The notes: generated by a model not told the origin, from the sequence alone. 64,000 nt of DNA from Eledone cirrhosa (GCA_964016885.1 OZ024742.1:236344001-236408000), one strand, 5' to 3'; shown: positions 45,156 through 61,735, counted from the stretch's first letter. Numbers and translations are program-made.

Positions 45156-45480
45156 ATGTTTGTATTTATGTCCCGTTACTTTAACGGTTCGACTTGAAAA
45201 AAAAATGATTATTTGTGGTGGATTGGCAGTATCGGAAGAAGGTCGGACATGCTTTCCAGCATAGTTACGTCCCTTTACGATCTGAGTTCAAATCCCGCCG
45301 AGGTTAACTTTGCCTTTCATCCTTACGGGGTCGATAAAATAAAGTACCAGTAATGGATTGGGATAATTGCTGGCCTTGTGCCTAAAGTAGAAACAATTAT
45401 TTGTGTCGATATGATCGACTAAATCAAGGGGGCGTCCCTGTATGGCCGGAGTCTGAAACCAGTAAAACAATAAAAGAATG
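45150..45480 (+). mobile_element. Young SINE (45216-45400) nested in an older SINE, TSD attatttgtg
   Basis: attatttgtg flanks both sides. The host halves resemble the uninterrupted older copy at about 47700-47857. Confidence 0.7.
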
Positions 45481-45594
45481 TATATATTGTGCTGGCTGGT
45501 TGGCTGGCCGGTCTGTTCGCTTTGTTTTACTAGCCGTCTACCTCCCTCCTTATCCTGCATCAACTTCTACTATTTCTATTACTATTGAAATAGT

Positions 45595-45650
45595 TTATGG
45601 CGGCGCCGTTGATTGGATTGGCTCCGACGGAGGTGTCTGCTGCTAAGCAA
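45595..45650 (+). promoter_or_regulatory. Candidate proximal promoter of the T-box gene (tandem inverted CCAAT boxes in a GC-rich patch)
   Basis: ggcggcgccgttgATTGGATTGGctccgacgg, about 720 bp upstream of the ATG, in one of the few non-repetitive CpG-containing patches. No transcript evidence. Confidence 0.3.
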
Positions 45651-46341
45651 GCTACATAGATCACTCTACTTACTACATTAGTGGCTGCTCAGCAATGTGT
45701 TTAGGGTTGGTAAACAGCTGATTCAACTGCTGCCTACCTACCTACCTGTCAGCCAGCCTGCCAGCCTGTCTGCCTGACTGTTGCTGTAGTGTACTGTGTT
45801 TGTTGGTGTCCTGGACAAAATAATTTTATCGTAGAACACTTATAACGACTTTCCATAACACGTGTGGACTCTATGTTTTACCAGGATTCCCCACTACCCT
45901 AAATTAATGACATTAAATGAAACCAAAATTGCTTTAAAGAAACAAAAAAAAAAATATTCACCTGAACAAAAAAAGTATTCTATTGTAAAGGACATTTAAC
46001 TCGTGGAACGCCAGACATTTTTCATAGTCCTGGAGTTTCTTGGGACCTTATTTGGGAAACTTTGCTCTCGAGCAGTCGCAGGACCCTTATACGATTTTCC
46101 AAAACATCCGGAACCCAGTCCTATGTTTTATGGACAATTGCTATCACCCTAATTTTAATAATGCATTAAATTAATCTCAAATTTTTTTGGCGAAAAAAAT
46201 GTATTCATTTCATATAATTTCGAATTTGTAGTGAATTTTATTAAAATATATACACCTTACCTCGTGGAATCCCAGACTTTTTTTTACGGGACGCTGGGGT
46301 TCCCCGGAAGCCATTTTGGATAACAGTGGTTAAGGAGGTAC

Positions 46342-47185
46342 ATGGATGTCCATAGTCCACTGTCTCCAAAAGCCAACGCTTTCAGTATAGCTTCCCTGAT
46401 GTCAGCTCCTGGTGTGGTCGAGAACGGATTAGGCCTGGGATTATTAGCCGCCTCCGGTGGTTTCCTATATCCTACGGTGCCCCCTCAGTGTAGTACCGAC
46501 TGCTTTTTCGACTGGGGCCAACATAAACACCAGTATCACCATTACCAGCAGCAACAACAACAGGACTATCAGCAGCAGCAGCAGCAGCAACTACAACAAC
46601 AACAACTAGAACAACAACAATTAGAGCTACAACAACTTGAGCTACAACAATTACAAGAACAGCTTCGACACCAACAACAGCAACAACTACATCATTATTA
46701 TCACGAAGAAGCATCCCCTCCGCCTCTTCCCCCACCATCGCCACAAGCACAACCACAAGCACAACCACAAGCACAACCACCACAGACATCATTAGAACCG
46801 TTGTCGTCTATAGCAGCAGAAGAACCACATACGACAGAAGAATCAAGCCACAACAACAACAACAACAACAACAACAATGACAATACACACAACACTAACA
46901 GCAATAGCAATGATAATACTACTATTACTAACAACAACAACAATCTAAATAGAGTTAGTATAATCACTGCAGAAAATAACAACACCACCTCTACCGCCAT
47001 CTCCAACGATTCCATTACCCTCACCACCTCCAGCATCAACACAAACATAAGTAGTAGCCCCACTCCTAACCCCACCGATAGTACCGACAGCGACACCGCA
47101 CCCATCAGTCCCATCCCCACCGACACTACTACTACTACTACTACTACTACCACGACGACTACTACTACTAGTAGTAGTAGTAGTC

Positions 47186-47231
<46 letters not shown>

Positions 47232-47380
47232 AACAACTATTATTACAACTTTATGCACAAACCTTATTACTACTACTGCTACCACCACTTTCCCTACTAT
47301 TGCTACAACTACCACTGCTGGCAACAATTCTGGGGCCACAGAAGATCCCTATAAGGGGACTGTCATGAGGAACATGGAAG
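46342..47380 (+). CDS. TBX1: First coding exon of a T-box transcription factor, most likely Tbx1/10; continues after a phase-1 intron
   Basis: ORF starts MDVHSPLSPKANAFSIASLMS (eh1 motif FSIxxL). It ends ...YKGTVMRNME-G|GTTAGT (donor at 47381; 1039 nt = 346 codons + 1). Both ends resemble the recalled long N-terminus of vertebrate TBX1 (MDARSPLSPRASAFSIASL...FSTVTRDME-A). Tbx20 (LSSRANAFSIAALMS) is the alternative. No T-box exon was found in 47381-64000. Confidence 0.75.
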
Positions 47381-47395
47381 GTTAGTGTATCTATC

Positions 47396-47426
<31 letters not shown>

Positions 47427-47616
47427 CTATCCATATCTATATGTATATATATTTATGTGTGTGTATATGTATATGTGTTTCTGTGCATGTTTTATGCATA
47501 TGTATGTATATGTATAAGTCCACGTATGCCCCCTCCCTCCCACAGCATTCTTACCAAGCGTGAAGCTAAATAACACTATGTATGTACCATTGACTCCTGC
47601 GTTTGTTTGTCATTTT

Positions 47617-47661
<45 letters not shown>

Positions 47662-48095
47662 GTATATGTATAAGTGCATATATATCTAATATGTATATGT
47701 GTTTATGCCCCAACATATAGCAGTTCGACAAAAAGATGTCGATAAAAAAGTACCAGGATAAAAAAAGGATATGATGAAATAAATCCCTTTAAGGCGATGC
47801 TGCCGTATGGCCACTGCTTAATTAAAGAAGCCAGTAAAAGATTAAAATAATAAAAGAATGTGTATGTTAATATTTACCATTCCAGTCTGCCGAACCATCA
47901 TCACCACTACCAACGCCACATACATATATCCACAAAGACTCTTATTTTCAGAGTCTTGCTTGTTGAATATCACCACCACCACCACAACTACCACTATCAC
48001 CAGCACCATCATCACCTCACCACAGCGTTTCTACATGATGTCTGTATTCTATTCTTGCTTTTTCACCACCACCACCACCACCATCCTCACCAGCC

Positions 48096-48126
<31 letters not shown>

Positions 48127-48939
48127 ACTCCCCACCGCCACCACCAGTAAGAGGAGAGATCTTGCTGCCTGTCTGGTTGGCTGGCTGGTGGTGTGGTGGT
48201 GGTGGTGGGGGGGTGTTGGTGTGGCTGGCTTGTTTGTTTGGTGTGGTTGGTTGTTGTTGTTGTTGTTGATACTATCATTAGTATTCTTATTAGTAGTATT
48301 ATTAGTATTATTAGTAGTAGTAGTAGTTGCTAGTTTTCAGTAGTAGTTGAGTCGCTTGTTAGTCAGTTATGGCTTACCTCTCCGTCAGTCCTCATGGAAC
48401 TTCTTGGGATGTTGGTAAGATTTCAAGACTTTCAAATTTTCATATTTTTTCTTTCATTTTAAATAGCATGCACATGGCAGACACACACACACACAAGCAC
48501 AAGCACACACACACACACACATGCACACACACATATATATATATATGTATACATTAAAGCATATGCTCACGCATACACACTTTCTAAACTTACGTAACTT
48601 ACACACATACACAAACATTCATACTATCATACACTGACAAACACACATATGTCACCGGACAGATATACACATACATATAACCATTTTGTTTTATTTTTGC
48701 AAGAACAAAAACCATCACTATCGTTCCACAACCAAATCTATGCACAAAAATATTATTTATTATAAATACCTACTTTTAATATCATTTTCCCCTACTGTTT
48801 AAATATATATATATATATATATAAATATATATATATAGTAATAATAATAAATTTGAAGACTAAACTCCAAAGAGGGCTCGATAAGGATAAATATATATCA
48901 AATATATAAGAACCGTAGAGCAAATATTTATTAAAATAA

Positions 48940-49015
48940 CAGATTAAAGTTTAAGCGAAGAATCGCTGCTTTCACCCTTAACAGGATCTTCTGAAACTAA
49001 CAAAGTCAATCTGTA
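48940..49015 (-). ncRNA. Hammerhead-like fold with CAGAAGA core, family B (also 17305-17397 and 25685-25760, plus strand)
   Basis: gttt CAGAAGA t cc(c/t)-gttaa-ggg t GAAAGC agcgattcttY GCTT aaac, with distal acagatt/aatctgt pairing. Confidence 0.6.
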
Positions 49016-49050
49016 AACGCAGAACTGGATTTAATCTGTTATTTTAATAA

Positions 49051-49174
<124 letters not shown>

Positions 49175-49219
49175 TATACTTGTATTTATATATATATACA
49201 TATATATATATATTATACT

Positions 49220-49268
<49 letters not shown>

Positions 49269-49272
49269 CTTG

Positions 49273-49315
<43 letters not shown>

Positions 49316-49321
49316 TATACT

Positions 49322-49392
<71 letters not shown>

Positions 49393-49398
49393 TATACT

Positions 49399-49444
<46 letters not shown>

Positions 49445-49627
49445 TAAACAAATAATGAACAAACAATGTTTGTTCATTATTTGTTTAATATTTTATCTTG
49501 ACTCTGTATACCGTTTATCTTTCACCGAAATTGGATTTTCATTACATCTCTTCTTTCCATGATATCCGGAATACATTGAGTTCTTCATACGGATTGGACA
49601 CTACCGTAAACTCTTGGTAGATTTATC

Positions 49628-51650
<2,023 letters not shown>

Positions 51651-52192
51651 ATGTTTCATATAAAATAATATAACTGGCTATCCGCAAAATACGTATAGTT
51701 AGCAACCCAAACGTATAATTGGGATTATACTAAGGTATATCCTAATGTTTGTTGAGTGAGACGGAAGCCGGTCGGAGTATTGCTTAAAGCTTTCTCTGTT
51801 AATGTATTAAATATATATATAAATATATAACGAAGGAAATGTGGTAAGGAACCAGGTGGACCATAACGCACCAAAGTACTCAATACTTAGGTCAATTCTG
51901 AGTCCAGAATTAGCCGTCGAAAAGGCTTGGGATCAGCCGTCGGGGTCCTACTCGTTCCTATATATATATATATAATAATAATAATAAATTTGAAGACTAA
52001 ACAGATTCCCGTTAAGGGTGAAAACAGTGATTCTTTGCTTAAACTTTAATCTGTTATTTTAATAAATATATATATATCAAAGATATATATATAGAGTTAG
52101 GAACTCAAAATAGTCTCTTACAATAAAATAGCTCTAAGAAAGTGATGTTTCCGAGCCGTATATTATAATTGAATATAAGATATATATATGTC

Positions 52193-52252
<60 letters not shown>

Positions 52253-52315
52253 TGTATGTATGTATGTATGTATGTATGTATGTATGTATGTATATGTATG
52301 TGTATATATATATAT

Positions 52316-52930
52316 GTCAGGTCACCAGTTGGTGCTAATTGTAACATGTATCCCACTACAACCTGTCTCATGGTCGGGTTTGTTGGCGACTAAACTGGCA
52401 ACCCCACCAAGGTTTCTTGGTGAGGAGGGTGACTTTGGACATCCTGCAGGACTAAAAACAAAACCTGTCAAAGAGCAAAGGAGCTCTTAAGAGTCATTGG
52501 CCATCCAAAATCACAGAGAGAGATGACCCCTTAGCCTTTGTCAAGGCAGAATTCTAGGAGGAGGAAAACTCTGATATAACACCTGCAACTCTGATGGTAT
52601 CCAATGATGTTGACTTGTTCTTCTTTTTGGTAAATATCATCTTGGTTAAGAGAGTGGGACTGGCTTTGTGCAGTGCCTTTGCTCACTATAAAAGCTTCAC
52701 GGCACAGGCATTGCTTTATATCTGGAGATCTCTCTCCACTTGTCATCACATGGTACCATGGGCCCAGCACTATGTGTCAATAATTGTCACAGGTGTAGTG
52801 TTTGTACCAGAGTTTTCAAGTCGCTGGCTGGACTAAAAAGTCACACTCGTTCAGCGCATCGGTAGGGGTTCTTCTACATGGATATAAAGTAGTGGCCGTA
52901 CTCGAAAACGAGTTGGCAGCCACCATGTAT
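52316..52930 (+). mobile_element. Same RTE-derived SINE-like element, longest copy
   Basis: About 610 bp. The 5' part (ggactaaaaacaaaacctgtcaaag) resembles RTE 5' UTRs, and the 3' stem-loop matches the RTE 3' ends in this window. No RT ORF. Confidence 0.7.
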
Positions 52931-53170
52931 ATATATAATATATATATATATAACAAAGGAATTGTGGTAAGGAACCAGATGGACAATAACGCACCAGAGT
53001 ACTCAATACTTAGGGTAGTAGAGTGGGAAATAGGAAAAAGTATGACCCCGACGGCAGAGCTCAAGCCGTTTCGACGGCTATTTCTGGACTCATACCTTAT
53101 CAGTTGGATATTCAACTGATAAGGTATGATTTTCCTGGGTATATCTCTATTTATAAAACAAACTTTGTAT

Positions 53171-53227
53171 TTTATCTGAAGAAAGTGTTCCAAAGTGTTT
53201 TGGTACCCTTGAAATATATATAATAAA
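53171..53227 (+). ncRNA. Minimal type-I hammerhead, family C (also minus strand at about 31786-31845, 51056-51118, 58209-58272 and 62345-62404; mutated at 53895-53957)
   Basis: tttat CTGAAGA [stem II] GAAAT atat ATA ataaa. Stem II sequences differ between copies but stay paired. Confidence 0.75.
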
Positions 53228-53381
53228 CTAAATATAGTTTCCATTTATTTAATATCATTGAATATTTACTCCAGGAAACTGTTCAGTGCTCTAAATCAGT
53301 TATAAACATTTATATTTATATTTGCTGGATTTCCATCAAATTAAATACCACTTCTACTTATATATATATTATATATATATA

Positions 53382-53460
<79 letters not shown>

Positions 53461-53519
53461 CATAATTGTATACATATATAATTATAATTGTATATATATG
53501 CATAGTATACACCATATGC

Positions 53520-53608
<89 letters not shown>

Positions 53609-54019
53609 TACATATATATACATATATATATATATACATATATATATATACATATATATACATATATATGCAAAAGTTCAATTTAAATTGTTGGGATACA
53701 ACAAGCAAATATTATTATAACTGATATAAAGCACTCGACAAATATTTGGAGTAGATATACAATATTAATAAATGGAAACTATATTTATAAAACCATATTT
53801 ATTTCATGATATATATTTCAAGGATACCAAGTTAAACGGTCACCTTTTTGAAAGGGTACGTCAATTATCTATTTGTAAAACTGTTATATATTGTATTTTG
53901 TCTGATGAAGGCATACCACGATTTAACTTGGTATCCTTGTAATATATATAATGAAATAAATATGGTTTTATAAATATAGTTTCCATTTATTAATATTGTA
54001 TACATATATATGTATTTAC

Positions 54020-54059
<40 letters not shown>

Positions 54060-54353
54060 ATACATATATATGTGTGTGTGTGTGTGTGTTTTTATTTATA
54101 GTTATATATACATATATTCATATATATATATATACATATACATATTTATATATGTATATATGTATATATATATATATATACATAAAAATATACATATACA
54201 TATACATATACATATCTATATCTATAATACATATATAAATAAAATGCATATATTTTATATACAACATATTCATATGTATATGCTTATATATATTTATATA
54301 CACCATATATATATATAATATATACACCATTTCTATATATATAATAGTAATAT

Positions 54354-55033
54354 TAATTGTTTCTACTTTTGGCACAAGGCCAGCAAATACCCAGTCTATT
54401 ACTGGTACTTTATTTTATCGACCCCGTAAGGATGAAAGGCAAAGTTAACCTCGGCGGGATTTGAACTCAGACCGTAAAGGGACGTAACTATGCTGCAAAG
54501 CATGGCGTCCGACTCTCTACCGATGAGACTAAATTTTAGTCATTGAATGTCAACACAAAAGCAAGTATGTCGGGTTCATTCTACTGACACTTCTTAATGA
54601 GGCTGCTTGCATGATTGCAAACGAATCGAATATTATTATTGATATTCGAAACACTCAGATTTACATTTACATTTCCTGTATTCAGCCATGTACAGTGTTA
54701 GTTATATCTCTATATATATACTTATAATTATATAGTATATATATATATAGTGTGTATATTTATATATATATGAATGTATATAAATAGAATACATATATAT
54801 GCATATATAGATATCATTCAAAAGTGGGGAAAAACAAGCACAATAAAGTATACATAATACAATATAATTGTTTCTACTTTAGGCACAAAGACAGTGCATT
54901 ACTGGTACTTTATTTTATCGACCCCGTAAGGATGAAAGGCAAAGTTAACCTCGGCGGGATTTGAACTCAGATCGTAAAGGGACGTAACTATGCTGGAAAG
55001 CATGGCGTCCGACCCTCTACCGATACCGCCAAT
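54354..55033 (-). mobile_element. Two SINE copies (54354-54523, 54866-55033)
   Basis: Reverse-complement consensus match. Other full or partial copies lie at about 107, 425, 5235, 19802, 24305, 31045, 43597, 60066 and 61738. Confidence 0.85.
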
Positions 55034-55303
55034 CAACAGCCTTATTATATGTATATATATATTATATATATATATATATATGTATGTGTTATTTATGTAT
55101 TATTTATGTGTACATATAAATAGACACACACACACACACATATATATATATATGTGTGTGTGTGTCTATTTATATGTACACATAAATAATACATAAATAA
55201 CACATACATATATATATATAATATTATATTATGTATATATATATATATATATATATACATAATATAATATAATATATATATATATAATATATATATAATA
55301 TAT

Positions 55304-55371
<68 letters not shown>

Positions 55372-55411
55372 GTATATGTATATATATGTATATGTATATA
55401 TATATGTATAA

Positions 55412-55493
<82 letters not shown>

Positions 55494-56080
55494 ATATATA
55501 TATATATATAAATAAATAAAATTATATAAATCAACAAAGAACCCTTTAATACATTAATAATCTTTATTCGCTGACAATGTATCGTCCCAGTATTCGCTGA
55601 CAATGTATCGTCCCAGTAATTAGGACTCTTCAGAGCAAGGAAAAGACAAAAAATATCAACGGCTAGAACAAGCCAAAATTCAGAAGAATAGAGAAATAGA
55701 AAAATAGAAATTTAAATGTTACATTATAAGATATAATATGCAGGTAATATAAAAACAGGATAAGGAGGCAAGGTCTAGGATGTTGCGACATATCTAGATT
55801 TCAGGTAACTAAGAAAGGGCATTTAATTACTAATGGGTAAAAATTTATAATATTTATAACACACCCGATAATATGTTGATTTATATAATTTTTTCGGCTC
55901 TGTTTGATAACATTGAGCTATCTCTTGTACTGTCATTTCTCTAATGCGATGAGTATGTTTGACTCTAATGCACTCAAATGTTTTTATCTTATATATATAT
56001 ATATATATATATATACATACACACACAGACACACACAGACACACACACACAGACACACACACATTTATATATATATATGC

Positions 56081-56130
56081 GCTTCCTGATGATTTCTCCC
56101 GAATGAAACAGTTCTTGTCCTGTAGAAGCC
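56081..56130 (+). ncRNA. Type-I hammerhead, family A (also 18790-18860; partial at 20851-20900)
   Basis: gcttc CTGATGA t ttc-tccc-gaa t GAAACAG ttcttgtc CTGTA gaagc. In the 18.8-kb copy stem I extends to about 16 bp. Confidence 0.7.
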
Positions 56131-56134
56131 TTTT

Positions 56135-56191
<57 letters not shown>

Positions 56192-56579
56192 GTTGTAGGT
56201 TAACCTACAACATTTTCAACATATGGATTACATCGAGTTCTTCATGCAGAATAGACCCCACAACTTACAGTGGATACCTCTGTGTATATATATAAAAGGA
56301 ATAAAGAATGTGTGTTCATACACACATTCTTTATTCCCTTTTTTTTTTGTATTCAAATAATTAAAGCGTCCGATATACGTGTTGAACAATGAAATAAAAA
56401 CACAAATTCAGTACTTGATTATTTCATTGTTTTAACCTAATTTGAGATGGATGTTTTATATCGAGGCTAATAGTACAGAATTATATAATTGCTATCGGTT
56501 AGTCAATCTTTGAAACGATCGTAAAACCATGAACTAATTACAAACTGAAACTCGTTTATTTGTTTTGATTATTCAACCG

Positions 56580-56747
<168 letters not shown>

Positions 56748-56854
56748 TTAATGATCGATGCTATACTATAATGCATAATGGCATTATATATCTTCTGGAA
56801 TCGGTGTTCTTCTCCAATTATACCATATAAATACATACATACATAAATATATAG

Positions 56855-56901
<47 letters not shown>

Positions 56902-56949
56902 TATATATATGTATATATAGTGTTTATATATATATATGTACTTATATAG

Positions 56950-57027
<78 letters not shown>

Positions 57028-57150
57028 CATATACATACATATATATTCTTCATATATATGCATATAGATATATATGTATATTTATATATATATACATATA
57101 TATATGCATATATATAAATTATATATATATATATACACATATATAAACAC

Positions 57151-57181
<31 letters not shown>

Positions 57182-57246
57182 GTGTATATATATGTGTGTG
57201 TGTATATATATATATGTGTATGTATATATATATATGTGTATGTATG

Positions 57247-57348
<102 letters not shown>

Positions 57349-57399
57349 CACATATATATATACATATATATATATACATATATATATATATACATACAC

Positions 57400-57430
<31 letters not shown>

Positions 57431-57432
<2 letters not shown>

Positions 57433-57658
57433 ATGAATGAATAATAACAGGTAGACATCATAAAAAGGTAATTCATTCCGTGTGCTTACAAGTGTTTCCA
57501 CGGTGGTACTGCAGCCTAGTTACGCTACGTGAAAATTCACAAGTACTTGTGAATTTTCACGTAGCGTAACTAGGCTGCAGTACCACCGTGGAAACACTTG
57601 TAAGCACACGGAATGAATTACCTTTTTATGATGTCTACCTGTTATTATTCATTCATTA
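57431..57658. repeat. Perfect 228-bp palindrome with no spacer, at a (TA)n edge
   Basis: Centre ...cacaagt|acttgtg... at 57544/57545; arms are identical by eye. Confidence 0.9.
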
Positions 57659-58705
57659 TATACACTCCGGAATACTGAAGGATCAGGAACTAAGTTTCTT
57701 GAACAATTCTTCCATAACTCGTAGAGTAACCTCTTACCGTACGTCAACCATATCCAGTGTAGTAATTAACCATTACTACATCTTGGATAATCCTATACCT
57801 AATAATATATATATATATACATATATATATCTCATCTCTCATCTAAGGCGGGTAAAATTCCCGAGATCCATGGACGAGTTCTCTCCAGCGGTCTCTGTCC
57901 CTCATTATCCCTATATATATATATATACACACACCTGTAAAATCTTTAACATTTACACAAAATTAGACTCAGATATACATTACCTATATTAGTCATGTTG
58001 CTTTGATATGTTCGCTATCAAGTCAGCTCCTTGGTTCTCTTCTTATATGTTACTCAGTGGTTAGTTATTTCTCCTAAGAGCCACATACATTTAATCCTGT
58101 ATGTTTTTTGTATATACATAAGTATATACAAATATATATATAGTTATATATATAACTATAACTTTACGATATTAAATAAATGGAAACTATATTTATAAAA
58201 CCATATTTATTTCATTATACATATTTCAGGGATACCAAATTAAAATATGGCATGCCTTCGTCAGATAAAATACAATATATAAACAGTTTTATAAATAATT
58301 TTGACGTACCCTATTATAAGCGACCATTATTTTTGGAAGCTGTCTGGATAGAAATAAATATGGTTTTATAAATATAGTTTCCATTTATTTAATATCGTAT
58401 ATCTACTCCAAAAACTTGTCGAGTGCTTTATATCAGTTATAAAATATTTACTTGTTGTATCCCAACAATTTTAAATAAAACTTTTACATATAACTATAAC
58501 TTTATATATTTTATATATATTTATATAGTTTCATATGTCAGTTCTCAACCTGAATAAACTACAGGGTTCATTTTATACAAAACATTAATGTATCAAAACA
58601 TGAATTTCCGATTACACATATTTATATAAGCGGTACTCCTGTTATAAATGCCATACTCATCTTGCACTCCTCAATTTGAATACGTTCAACGCTATTATCG
58701 TCTAA

Positions 58706-58768
<63 letters not shown>

Positions 58769-58787
58769 CACACACACACACACACGC

Positions 58788-58818
<31 letters not shown>

Positions 58819-59165
58819 TTCCTGAGTATATATATGTATAGTTATAAAATTATAAACAATTCTATTATTCTATTATTATATAGCTGGATTTACTAATTTA
58901 TAATGTAAGTAAAATTGCGTTTGCCTTTTAATGTATTTTTCCTTACAACGATTAGTTTTGGTAAATATGAATATTATTATACCCATATAATATTATGAAA
59001 ATGATGCTCTTAATTTGGAATTTAGCCTTTAAATTTCATTGAACGTTTTATACTATAATTGAGTCAATATCATTTATTTCGATCTATATTTTGTGACAGA
59101 CAGACAGACAAACAGACAGACACACACATATACATACTTGCAAATACATATATATATATATATAT

Positions 59166-59215
<50 letters not shown>

Positions 59216-59268
59216 ATATAATGTGGAATATGTAAAATAAGTTGCCTTTTGTTATCATTGTTAAAATA

Positions 59269-59357
<89 letters not shown>

Positions 59358-59370
59358 TATATATATATAT

Positions 59371-59559
59371 GGCGATGAATTAGTTTTGCGAGGTTTTTGA
59401 TATGAAATCGTGTGTCGAAACAAATATTGTTATACATATAAATTAAATTAACCGATATAAAAGACACAGAAGCGAAAACCAACCAAACAGTGAGTGTGTT
59501 GTGTTATTAATTCTGGCAATATTATTACACAAATATGACCCTCCCCAAGTATAACAATA
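59371..59559 (-). mobile_element. Minimal inverted insertion of the 39.9-kb PLE family 3' end
   Basis: 59371-59435 is the reverse complement of the 41808-41870 tail; 59440-59559 is a forward copy of 41697-41816; (TA)n flanks. Confidence 0.8.
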
Positions 59560-59700
59560 TATATATATATATGTATATATATATAAAGGTAAACAGAAAT
59601 AACAACACAATCGGTACAATATATGGAAGGAATATATCGTTTCGGACGATGTATGTGTATGTGTGTGTGGGTGTGTGGATGTTTGGGTGCGTGGATGTAT

Positions 59701-59792
<92 letters not shown>

Positions 59793-59981
59793 TTATGTTA
59801 GGTGTACATACATATGCTGTCACACTGACTTCGATTCTAGTTACACTATATATAATTTTATATGTATGCCAAAACAAGAGCAACAATGCTGGGGTCATTC
59901 TACTGACATGGCTTAAAAAGAGGCTGTTTGCATAATTGCAAAGGAATCGAATATTATTATTAATAAAACTCATATTACATG

Positions 59982-60024
<43 letters not shown>

Positions 60025-60452
60025 ATAAATATACATATATTTACATATGATTATTATATATGTAATAATTGTTTCTACTTTTGGCACAACGCCAGCAATT
60101 ATCCAGTGTATTACTGGTACTTTATTTCATCGACCCCCCCATAAGGATGAAATGCAAAGTTAACCTCGGCGGGATTTGAACTCAGAATGGCAAGAGCCGT
60201 AACTCTATGCGTCAAAGCATGGCGTCCGACCCTCTACCGATACTGCCAATCCACAACCATTCCATTTATTGGCCACCACGGCCGACATGTAGGGGACAAT
60301 ACAAAGACATGGACAGTGGGGGGTTTACAATAAACTCGAGTAAAAGTGCACAATGGCAAGACCAATTTAACAATGAAAATAAATGCATAAACATTACAAA
60401 ATAAATTAAGCACTAGTAATAATAATACTAATAATACATACATACACACACA

Positions 60453-60517
<65 letters not shown>

Positions 60518-60678
60518 TATATGTTATGGAATACTGTTAGCTTCTCGCTACAACAATTTCTATACCTTTCATTTATATATAAATATATATATTATATATA
60601 GTAGTGAAAGAGTGAAGAATAACATGGGTCGGCATTACAAAAAGGGTTTTATTTACAGTATTAACAATTGTTCCATTG

Positions 60679-60748
<70 letters not shown>

Positions 60749-60923
60749 AGATGTCAGCATGAATGGTCCTGTTATTTTTATCTAGAGACATTTTTTTCCA
60801 ATTCCAACCCAGCCGTGCCTTCAATCTATCTTATTTCTCATTCTTTCTTCTGATGAACGACTAGCGTCCGAAATGTTAAGCCCTTCTTCCTGCTATTTCA
60901 GGCGTTAACCTAATATATCCCTT

Positions 60924-60959
<36 letters not shown>

Positions 60960-61319
60960 CAAATTTGGACGGGAACAAAACAGAGAGGCAGACAAATAAA
61001 GGTTTATATATATATATATATATATGGGGGGGGGGGTATGTATGTATGTATATGTGTATGTGTGTGTGTGTGTGTGTATGTATGTATATGTGTATGTGTG
61101 TGTGTGTGTGTGTATATATGTATATCTGTATATTATGATCATAAATAATAAAGAAATCATTATTATTATAGTGGGGGAATTTTTTTGTTACATCGTTCGT
61201 TTTTGTTTTATACTCATTTTCACGCGCAGAAACCCACATTCTACTGTCCTGTCCTCTCTTTAATGTATTTTTATGTAAATCCTTTGTGGTCAATAAAAAA
61301 AACATTATTATTATTATCA

Positions 61320-61735
61320 ACCTTTCTCAAGTTTCACTTGGAATGGAAGGTGAGGGTGGAGAGAGAAGTACTGCCCCCAGTACATTTGCTAAAACATGGG
61401 TGCAGGTAGTGAGAATGGCTCGTATGAGTGGGCCTACTCTGTCCATGCGCCTGTAGGCTGGTTAATTTGAGGTGGAGAGGCTGCCCTCCCCGGGTAACCT
61501 CGAAGCGTCGGGTGATTCAGTATTAGTGGGTAACCTGAGTTGCCCCAGGGCGACCCAGGTTACCCTGAAATTGAGGAATTTATTTTGTTATTTTTATCCA
61601 TATTTTATATTTATATCTTTTCATTGTTAAATTGGTTTTGTTATTGTGCATTTTTACTTACTCTTATTGTAAACCCCACTGTCCGTGTCTTTGTATTGTC
61701 CCCTACATGTCGGCCCTTGTGGCCAATAAATAAGA
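61320..61735 (+). mobile_element. Tx1-like 3' fragment (second subfamily) directly abutting a SINE head
   Basis: FLKFHLEWKVRVEREVL...W..V.RMAR is homologous to 36320-36425. The 3' UTR ends cccttgtggccaataaa. A shorter copy lies at 60255-60400 (minus strand). Confidence 0.7.

Noticed and set aside
46332-46344. Shine-Dalgarno-like AAGGAGG before the ATG
   Set aside because: The gene has a spliceosomal donor and a eukaryotic TF motif; chance match.
47858-48343. Possible second exon of the T-box gene
   Set aside because: Low-complexity (CAC)/(GGT)/(TAG) repeats with no T-box residues (e.g. LW..F...GTEMI.TK.GRRMFP).
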